Assembly: GCA_014859985.1 (NCBI GenBank)
Contig: JACZKN010000092.1
Coordinates: forward strand, 5,980 to 69,979
DNA from: Candidatus Krumholzibacteriia bacterium
GTDB lineage: Bacteria > Krumholzibacteriota > Krumholzibacteriia > LZORAL124-64-63
Reading direction: 5' to 3'
Length of the DNA stretch: 64,000 nt
Both the position numbers and the translations under genes were made by a program. Below, piece by piece: positions 57,770 to 64,000 of this stretch. Positions within the stretch are counted from its first letter, which is position 1. Each line of letters starts with the position of its first letter. The notes beneath the pieces were generated by a model that saw nothing but the letters and a program-made list of their open reading frames with translations, was not told the DNA's origin and made no database searches.

Positions 57770-58618
57770 TCAGATCAGATCGAAAGTCCGGATTTCCTCG
57801 TAGCCGCTGAGCCACTCGTCCTTCTCGCGGCACGCGATCAGGCGCGCGATGCTCTCCTCGTTCTCCTTCTCGGCGAGGCCGAGGACCTCCTCGCTCATGC
57901 GCCAGACGCCGGTGCGCAGCGGCTCGCGCTTCTCGACGGCGATCATGTAGACGGGGAGCCGCTCGCCGGTGAGAGCGGCGGCCAGAGACCGGTAGAAGGC
58001 GAGCTGGTAGACGTAGCCGTAGCTGCGCGCGTCCATCTGGAGCCAGTCGAGGTTGTCGCAGGTCTTCAGGTCGACGATGCCGCGCTCGGGGTTCAGCCAG
58101 TCCAGACGCGACTGGCACGGCACGCCGCAGTACTCGGCGCGGATTACGCCCTCGGCGACGCCGTCGGCCAGCAACGCCGCGGCATGTTGGTGGGCTCGCA
58201 CCGACGCGTTCAGGCTCTCGATCAGGGCCGCCTGATCGTCGTCGAGCACGGGCTTGCCCTTCGCCTCCGCCCAATCCTGGAAGGCCTTTGTGCGGCTACC
58301 GAACGACTGGCCGGTCTTGGGGTTGATCGGGCCGCCAAACGCGTAGGCCTGCTCGTAGGCCTCGCGGCCCTCGAGGATCAGGACGTGGGCGGCGCGGCCG
58401 AGGACGTACGCCGGGCGGTCCTCGTCCAGGACCAGTCCGAGCTCCTTCTTGTGGAAGAGCAGCGCATTGCGCCGGAACTCGGCTAGCAGATGGCTGGAGA
58501 GGTACTTGCCGGCCTGGGCGTGGTACACCCCTGCCGGCTCGCGGATCAGGAAGCCCAGGTCTTCGACGAGTGCGTCCCCGTCCTTCCGGCGCTTACGAAA
58601 CACATCCGGGATGCTCAT
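57770..58618 (-). CDS. PD-(D/E)xK family nuclease (RecB/Cas4-like exonuclease)
   Basis: RGIVDLKTCDN...YGYVYQLAFY core. Confidence 0.5.
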   Translation of the reverse strand: MSIPDVFRKRRKDGDALVEDLGFLIREPAGVYHAQAGKYLSSHLLAEFRRNALLFHKKELGLVLDEDRPAYVLGRAAHVLILEGREAYEQAYAFGGPINPKTGQSFGSRTKAFQDWAEAKGKPVLDDDQAALIESLNASVRAHQHAAALLADGVAEGVIRAEYCGVPCQSRLDWLNPERGIVDLKTCDNLDWLQMDARSYGYVYQLAFYRSLAAALTGERLPVYMIAVEKREPLRTGVWRMSEEVLGLAEKENEESIARLIACREKDEWLSGYEEIRTFDLI

Positions 58619-58809
58619 GCGTTGGACTCCTTCACTGGCGCCGCAGCACCTGCGGTTGGGCGTTTGCGCGTTTCGATCCGACCTGGACCGGGATCACGTT
58701 TGAGGTAGCTGACGATCAAGTCCGCGACGGCATGGACCACGGCGTCGGTGTCCTTCTCAGATAGCTCGCGGCAGTGCCGGCGGATCTCGAATCGCGTGGA
58801 GGGCGCCAC
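58615..58809 (-). CDS. small hypothetical protein
   Basis: 64-aa ORF coupled to the nuclease gene. Confidence 0.3.
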   Translation of the reverse strand: MAPSTRFEIRRHCRELSEKDTDAVVHAVADLIVSYLKRDPGPGRIETRKRPTAGAAAPVKESNA

Positions 58810-58811
58810 GG

Positions 58812-59078
58812 CTACGCCCTCCTCAGCGACAGCAGGAAGTCCTCGATCGCCGGGTGCGGTTTGAGATTCCGTCGCTGCACGACTGACGCGGACTCTTCAT
58901 CGAGCTCGCGGTCATCGAGGCGGCGGAGGAACTTCCCGCGGAGCACGTCGAGGCTCTTCACCAGTCGCCACACCAGGTCGTCGTCGACCTTGTGGACCGC
59001 GACGAGACCGCCGATGAGCAGGGCTTCTTCCTCGAACAGGTCCGTGATCAGTTCACGGGCTTCGGCTTTGGTGATCAT
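58812..59078 (-). CDS. hypothetical protein downstream of sigma factor
   Basis: ATG at 59078 with GAGGAG SD. Confidence 0.35.
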   Translation of the reverse strand: MITKAEARELITDLFEEEALLIGGLVAVHKVDDDLVWRLVKSLDVLRGKFLRRLDDRELDEESASVVQRRNLKPHPAIEDFLLSLRRA

Positions 59079-59170
59079 GGGCTCCTCGCTTCCCGGGACC
59101 CGATGTTCCATGCGTCCCTGATGGACAAAGGGGGGGCGAGGCCCGGAAGTGGGGACATGCCGCGGCGGTG

Positions 59171-59935
59171 TCACGGCATCTCCTTCTCATGGCTTCGGAT
59201 AGCTGCCTCGGCCCTTTGCCGGCGCTTCTTCGCGGCCTCGGTCTTGAGCCCCGCATCGCGCGCGTACTCCGAGATCGACTGACCGTAGAGGCGAGTGCCG
59301 ACCAGGAGGAGGAAGTCGGCCTCAGTGATTCGGCCGGCGTCGAGATGCGCCTGGAGTCGCGCCAACTCCCGCCGGTGCATGTCGCGGAGATCAACCCAGT
59401 CGGGATCAACTCCATCGATGGTCCCGGCCAGGTTCGACAATTCTTCCGGGTCGGTTGCGATCTCCCTCTCAGCGTGGATCCAGTCACGCCGGTAGTCATC
59501 GTGCAGGCGATGGATCGTAGTGTTGTAGATCCATTGCACGAGGCGGTCGCGCCTGCGCGCGAGATCAATCCGGCACACCGATTGGTGAAAGGCCCAGTAG
59601 ATCCGTTGCCAGAGTTCGTCCGGCTCGTCCATGTCCCAGGGCCGCTTCCTGAAGTGTATCGAGCCAAGCCCTGGCCAAAACACTGCGAGGAGGATCGCCC
59701 GCCATCGGGGATCTCCGTCCGCTTCATGGGCCGCAAGAATCGGCCGCAGGGCCTCGTCCTTGCTCGGATCATCAGATGTTCCTTGGCGCATGAACGCCAG
59801 CACATCCGCCCACGTGGTGAACTGCTGCAGGAACGGCGCGTGATCCTGGAGATTGATGAGAAGATTCTTGTACTCTTCGGTTTCGAGTTGCCGTGCGAGT
59901 CGCGCACGATCCCGATTTCTCGAGACGCTTACCAT
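59171..59935 (-). CDS. sigma-70 family (ECF-like) sigma factor
   Basis: Region-2-like DELWQRIYWAFHQSV...VQWIYNTTIHRLHDDYRR and region-4-like HTH GQSISEYARDAGLKTEAAKKRRQRA. Confidence 0.5.
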   Translation of the reverse strand: MVSVSRNRDRARLARQLETEEYKNLLINLQDHAPFLQQFTTWADVLAFMRQGTSDDPSKDEALRPILAAHEADGDPRWRAILLAVFWPGLGSIHFRKRPWDMDEPDELWQRIYWAFHQSVCRIDLARRRDRLVQWIYNTTIHRLHDDYRRDWIHAEREIATDPEELSNLAGTIDGVDPDWVDLRDMHRRELARLQAHLDAGRITEADFLLLVGTRLYGQSISEYARDAGLKTEAAKKRRQRAEAAIRSHEKEMP

Positions 59936-60041
59936 GACGCCTGGCCTTACTGGCCGGGCGTCTGGCGCCTCCTATTGGCCGATCAGGGCGTCGTGCGCCT
60001 CGATGACAAATGGATCTACTCGCGACGTTTGCAGCGTCGCT

Positions 60042-60257
60042 CTACGGAGTCGTGCTCTTTCTACCTTGATCGTGTCGCTCGTTTAATGTGCGGCAGTTCC
60101 GACACACGCACGCTACCGGGAGACCAACGAGATACTCGTGGCCGCGAGCGAAGCGGATGTGCAACCGATCACCCCGCGATACAGCGAGGAGTCTTCCGCA
60201 GTTCGCGCATCGCCAATCGTCTGAGCCGGCGTCGCCCGCTCGGCATTTCGCGGCCAT
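60042..60257 (-). CDS. small zinc-finger protein (Com-like)
   Basis: CANCGRLLA...HIRF...CVCRNCRTLN; start at internal ATG 60257. Confidence 0.3.
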   Translation of the reverse strand: MAAKCRAGDAGSDDWRCANCGRLLAVSRGDRLHIRFARGHEYLVGLPVACVCRNCRTLNERHDQGRKSTTP

Positions 60258-60502
60258 CACTGCTGATCCCCCGCGCTCTGGGTCTCGTTGTCGGCCCTCC
60301 TGATGTTGTCTGGGCATTGAGTGGCATACCTGACGAAGCGCCCACAGCGCCGGCACGTCACTCGGATGTGGCGAGTGTTGTTGGCAAACGTCTGCCAAGT
60401 CATGAGGAGGCTCTGACTGCAGCACTGGGGACAGGTGATGGGCTTTGACTCAGTTGACGGCGTCGCGCTGCGCGGCCGCTGAAGGGGCCTGAAGTTGGGC
60501 AT
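60257..60502 (-). CDS. small Cys4 zinc-ribbon protein
   Basis: CPQCCS...CRRCGRFVRYA. Confidence 0.35.
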   Translation of the reverse strand: MPNFRPLQRPRSATPSTESKPITCPQCCSQSLLMTWQTFANNTRHIRVTCRRCGRFVRYATQCPDNIRRADNETQSAGDQQ

Positions 60503-60652
60503 CGGGTGCTCCTTGCTCGTGAGTATCCTGAGGAGCAGCCCGTGGCCCTATGTCCGCGATGGAGACCCAATGGAAACGCCCCCGGTTCTCGGGGGCGCGT
60601 CGACTGGCATCTGCCGGTACGCTGCGCCCTCTACAGAGCAGGCGCGACGCAC

Positions 60653-60682
60653 CGCGTAGCAGGTGCTACTTTTCGCGTAGCA
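60653..60682. promoter_or_regulatory. operator-like site: CGCGTAGCA direct repeat (21-bp spacing) with inverted repeat TAGCAGGTGCTA
   Basis: Read directly in the intergenic region between the QueC-like gene and the Zn-finger genes; TTGACT hexamer just downstream. Confidence 0.4.
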
Positions 60683-60695
60683 ATTGTTGACTACC

Positions 60696-62729
60696 TCAAA
60701 TTATCCACTCCACTCGCTCGCGCGGCTCATAGCACGGCTTCCAGCCGCAGTTTAGCGTCGGACGCGTCAGGTGTTCTGCGAGTCGCTTGTCGTACTTCCC
60801 GATCTCGGTGCGGGTGCGGCGAATGGCTGCCAGCACCGCCTTCCGGACCCGATCTCGGTCATCGGATTGTTTTCGTAGTCGCCCATGGAGCCCCTGGTCC
60901 CGCTTGATGTGCTCCATCAGGTCTTCCATCTCGACTCGAATTTGCTCCTCGGCATCCGAATCCTGCCGCTCCGCGGCGTCCTCCGACTGGTCTCTGAGCT
61001 GCTCGTAGCGAGCACGATAGGCCGCCATCGCCTGTTCGTCCGAGCCCTCGCCCGCGTCCCCGAGTAGGTATTCCTGCGATCTCCGTGCGACTCGCGCAGC
61101 GAGGTCCTCAACCGATATGCCTGTCCCTTGATTCTCTAGAAGCACATGTATGTAGGCGGCACCTTTACTTGGCAGCAGGATGAACTCCTGCCCACCTGCG
61201 TACCGCACCTCCCATACCTGGCCTTTCCTTCGGAAGGTGAATTCGGGGCACTCCTTGTCGCTCGCAGCTGCCCCCCCAGCACCTGCACCGGCCTCGCTTC
61301 CAGCCGCTCCCGAATCGCACACTAAGCGAAGCAAGCAAGACGCGGGCAGGGTTCGTTCTCGAATCTCCTTCGCATGCTTCGCGATCGCGCTGTCCACAAC
61401 GCTTGTGACCTGCTGTGCATGCTTCCTGTACAACTCATAGATCTTCACAGCGGTCGCGTCGGCCGAACCGTCGATGTGTCGTAACACGCGACTGATCTCC
61501 CCGAAGCGCGAGAAGAAGTCCAGTGGAACCATCCGCCCAACATCGTTCGCAGTTTCCACGTAGGAGCCCAGAAGTGTGCGCGTCTCGTCTTCGTCTCGAC
61601 CATCGACCAACAGCTTGACCTTGTATCCTTCCTCCGGATCTAGTGCTTCGGCACCTGCCGCGAGCACAGCAAAGCGACGGTCGATGCACTGGGAACACGC
61701 TCCGCAGTGTGGATGCAGGTTTGTCATCTCCCAGGTGTGAGTACAACTCGTCGAGAACCGGATCATATCTCCACAGCCAGCGGAGACTATCCCTCCGACG
61801 ACTTCCGCCTTGGTCTTCCATAGAAACGGATTCTCGACATCGAACCTTCGATCAGCCACCAGCGAGAGGATCTCTGCGTATCCGTTCATCACCTGCGGAT
61901 GCGTGGTTCTTGTCGCTCTTGCCCCTACAATTTGGGCCGATGGCGGGAAGTTGAAACTGATGACCCCGTTCTCATAGAATCGAATCCGAGCAAGCCCCAG
62001 CATCTGCGCAACGGTAGCGCCGAGGGCCATGTACAAGAACGACCGACTTCGCTGCGTGTACTCCCTGCCAAGCACCTTGCTCTTGTTGATGGTCACAGGG
62101 ACGAACATCGGGTCCAATGCGGACCGCTCAGTTAGCTCCCTGGTGAGCTTCCTGTATCGCCGAACGAGTTTCTTGCTTGGCTGGTGGGTGATAAGAGCGA
62201 TTCGACGTTTGTCTACCACGCCCTCCTGAACCGCACCGCCCAGTGAATCGAGTCCTCCTGAGAAGAGTACGACCTCCTCGACCCGATCGGGTCCGTCGTT
62301 CTGCCCGGTGAAGAGGTACTCCTGGACCGGCGGACCATCGGTCAGTTTCATGAATTCGAACTCGTATTCGTCTTCGGAGAGGAAACCCAGCGTGGTTAGA
62401 AGTGCCGTCCTGACCTTCTTACTGGACCACAGGTCCGGTTCTCGAACCGGAATCCTGAAGAACAGCCGCCGCCGCCAATCTGCACCAAGGTTGTTCACGC
62501 CGTCACCGCCCCGAGTGACAGCCTGATCTGCGCAGTACACGTAGGTGGCGATCTCCAAGAGATCCACGAAGGCAGATGGAACATTGTCCATCATGGCCTT
62601 GCTGATCGCGCCAATCTCGAGCTTTACGTTCGCATGTCGACCCCAGAGGCGGAGGCGCAGCGGTTTCCCAGCAACCGGGAGTGCCTTATCGGAGACGCTA
62701 CCGCAGATGATGGCTCTCTCATTTGCCAT
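60696..62729 (-). CDS. multidomain QueC-like PP-loop ATPase (N-terminal unknown domain, QueC-like core, Ala/Gly linker, C-terminal wHTH-like plus acidic coiled-coil)
   Basis: VLFSGGLDS PP-loop; SCTHTW...HPHCGACSQCIDRR aligns with the QueC zinc site TCYNG...GCGECPAC; start could be 62756 or 62729 (MANER). Confidence 0.6.
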   Translation of the reverse strand: MANERAIICGSVSDKALPVAGKPLRLRLWGRHANVKLEIGAISKAMMDNVPSAFVDLLEIATYVYCADQAVTRGGDGVNNLGADWRRRLFFRIPVREPDLWSSKKVRTALLTTLGFLSEDEYEFEFMKLTDGPPVQEYLFTGQNDGPDRVEEVVLFSGGLDSLGGAVQEGVVDKRRIALITHQPSKKLVRRYRKLTRELTERSALDPMFVPVTINKSKVLGREYTQRSRSFLYMALGATVAQMLGLARIRFYENGVISFNFPPSAQIVGARATRTTHPQVMNGYAEILSLVADRRFDVENPFLWKTKAEVVGGIVSAGCGDMIRFSTSCTHTWEMTNLHPHCGACSQCIDRRFAVLAAGAEALDPEEGYKVKLLVDGRDEDETRTLLGSYVETANDVGRMVPLDFFSRFGEISRVLRHIDGSADATAVKIYELYRKHAQQVTSVVDSAIAKHAKEIRERTLPASCLLRLVCDSGAAGSEAGAGAGGAAASDKECPEFTFRRKGQVWEVRYAGGQEFILLPSKGAAYIHVLLENQGTGISVEDLAARVARRSQEYLLGDAGEGSDEQAMAAYRARYEQLRDQSEDAAERQDSDAEEQIRVEMEDLMEHIKRDQGLHGRLRKQSDDRDRVRKAVLAAIRRTRTEIGKYDKRLAEHLTRPTLNCGWKPCYEPRERVEWII

Positions 62730-63504
62730 CGGGCCGCGCCCCCTCTTTGAGTTCATCGGAGAGCTTCTTCATCGCGACGTGCGCGAACCCAGATGCATCC
62801 TTCCGCGAGATCCCTTTCTTTTCCCAGTTGGTCTTCGAGAACCAGCCGCCGGAAAAGTCTTCGACGATCTTAGATGCTTCCTGGCAATGGCGTCCGAGCG
62901 CTTTCGAGAATCCGGCTTGCTGAGCCAGGGTTGCGAAGCGCCTGTCTTCGCCAACATGGAGGGTCATTGCTCGACTGAGGAAGTAGTCGAGGTACCTCTC
63001 AGTCAGGCGTGCGAAGAATTGGCGGGCGAAGACGCTGAACTGGCGGTTGGTCCCCAACTGCCGAAGCTCACGCTGAACATCGGCTGCGGTCGTTCCGAAG
63101 AGGCTCTGAGTCCTCTCACCGAGTACCCGGGTCAGCGTCTCGGTCGCAGACATCTCTGCCATTTCACCGAGGTCCGTACGACCACCGTTCTTAGAGAGAC
63201 GACGGTCCACCGCATCGGCGAAAGCACCGACCAGCTCCATTAAAGTCGGGGCATCGCGGACGTCGATCCCCGCCGCACGGAGTGATCCGGCGTAGTCATC
63301 TGATCGCGCCGCGAGTGGAAGCTGGGTCAGGAGCCAGATCGTCTCAACCAGGCCTTTATCGTCACTGGCGAGTTTCAGACCTCGCTCGGCCGCCGAGATT
63401 GTGGCGTTGGCGACCTGCGCGGTGCCTGCGCCTCCTTCGATAAGCCCAACAACCTGCTGCCACCGTCTCGTGCGCGGAAGCTCACCGAGGCGCAAGTGCC
63501 CCAT
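62719..63504 (-). CDS. hypothetical partner protein beginning Met-Gly, coupled to the QueC-like gene
   Basis: GAGG SD 7 nt before ATG at 63504; overlaps downstream gene by 11-38 nt. Confidence 0.5.
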   Translation of the reverse strand: MGHLRLGELPRTRRWQQVVGLIEGGAGTAQVANATISAAERGLKLASDDKGLVETIWLLTQLPLAARSDDYAGSLRAAGIDVRDAPTLMELVGAFADAVDRRLSKNGGRTDLGEMAEMSATETLTRVLGERTQSLFGTTAADVQRELRQLGTNRQFSVFARQFFARLTERYLDYFLSRAMTLHVGEDRRFATLAQQAGFSKALGRHCQEASKIVEDFSGGWFSKTNWEKKGISRKDASGFAHVAMKKLSDELKEGARPDGK

Positions 63505-63771
63505 GCTCTTACCTCACATCGTCAGAACGGAGTTGTGGCTTCGCCAATTATCGGCTGGGACCGGCTCCACCTGAAGCGGAAATGCCCTCGCCCGGTCCCG
63601 CTCAATTCCACGGAGATGTCCCCACGGGCCGTACTCGCCCCCCCTTTCTCTTTCGAGGAGGCGCGTGTCGGAGTCCGCGTGATTGCCTTGATGCAGGGGG
63701 CGTTCAGAGGTAGGACTGAATGTGGCCGTGTCTCCCCAACTCACATGATCACAGGAGGTTGCGTTCACCAC

Positions 63772-64000
63772 ATGCCTGCAAAACGAGAATCCCTAACCCG
63801 GGTCGCCTTCTACACCCGGATCTCCACAGACGAGGACCACCAGAAGTACTCGCTCGGTGCCCAATCCGAGCGCCTCGAGGCCTTTTGCAAGGCCCAGTGG
63901 GGCGACGACTGGCGGCTCCACAAGGTCTACCGCGACACCGAGAGCGGAACCCACATGAACCGCCCCGGCCTCGAGGAGATGCTCTTTGATGCCGAGTCGG
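63772..64000 (+). CDS. serine recombinase (probable prophage integrase), 5' part only
   Basis: RVAFYTRISTDEDHQ...RPGLEEML catalytic-domain signature; truncated by window end. Confidence 0.65.
   Translation, partial: MPAKRESLTRVAFYTRISTDEDHQKYSLGAQSERLEAFCKAQWGDDWRLHKVYRDTESGTHMNRPGLEEMLFDAES

Larger units (their letters stand above)
17682..64000. mobile_element. prophage or prophage-derived region (lysis, portal, capsid-tail, czc cargo, packaging, replication, integrase); right end outside window
   Basis: Contiguous phage genes on both strands ending in a serine recombinase at 63772; left limit uncertain (could include the R-M cassette). Confidence 0.6.

Noticed and set aside
63514-63771. 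85-aa minus ORF abutting the integrase start
   Set aside because: No RBS, odd composition; region is probably a divergent promoter spacer.
1-64000. CRISPR arrays, tRNA/rRNA genes
   Set aside because: Scanned intergenic regions (1133-1324, 3240-3700, 37217-37759, 44490-44774, 49772-49960) by eye; no repeat-spacer arrays or cloverleaf-like tRNA sequences recognised. A tRNA at an att site may lie outside the window.

Overview
High-GC (~65%) bacterial chromosomal window with two parts: a left accessory/defence island (1-17.4 kb) and a rearranged prophage (17.7 kb to the window end).

Accessory island. It contains a zinc-ribbon + GIY-YIG nuclease pair. Next is a microviridin-type ATP-grasp ligase directly preceded by a strongly RBS-supported 59-aa peptide ORF; that ORF is just below the 60-aa floor of the ORF track and makes the pair a graspetide-like RiPP or novel peptide-modification cassette. 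The island also carries an IS1634-family transposase stub, a secreted protein with a C-terminal FlgD-Ig/T9SS-like sorting domain, a DUF3800 protein and a TIR-domain protein with tandem winged-helix-like C-terminal domains. The largest unit is a leftward operon: excisionase-type HTH -> Type III-like Res helicase-endonuclease -> 953-aa beta-class Mod methyltransferase -> UvrD-like SF1 helicase with an N-terminal RelE/ParE-fold domain.

Prophage. It has a lysis cassette (holin, GH108 endolysin) and a lambda-family portal on the minus strand. Only 42 bp away, across a perfect 25-bp palindrome, a plus-strand structural module diverges from it: a protease/scaffold-HK97 capsid fusion, connectors, major tail, frameshifted chaperone, tape measure, gpL-like and gpJ-like proteins. 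A czcCBA + PII-like + czcD heavy-metal efflux cargo sits between the tail genes and the packaging genes (ParB-methylase fusion, TerS, gpA-type TerL). The early module runs leftward from the right end: an ECF-like sigma, a PD-(D/E)xK exonuclease, a Sak4-like ATPase, DUF669, RusA, an SF2 helicase and a PrimPol primase, followed by TTCACC iterons, a zinc-ribbon protein and SpoVG. A serine integrase is cut by the window end.

Most interesting candidate for an undescribed system: a coupled two-gene cassette next to the integrase. A 261-aa protein beginning Met-Gly precedes a 686-aa three-part protein whose core is a QueC-like PP-loop ATPase with the Cys4 zinc site. This resembles the QatB/QatC or Cap9-type N-terminal deazaguanylation pairs, but it lacks QatA/QatD, CD-NTase and TGT partners.

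All calls come from reading the translated ORFs and sequence by eye. No database searches were run.
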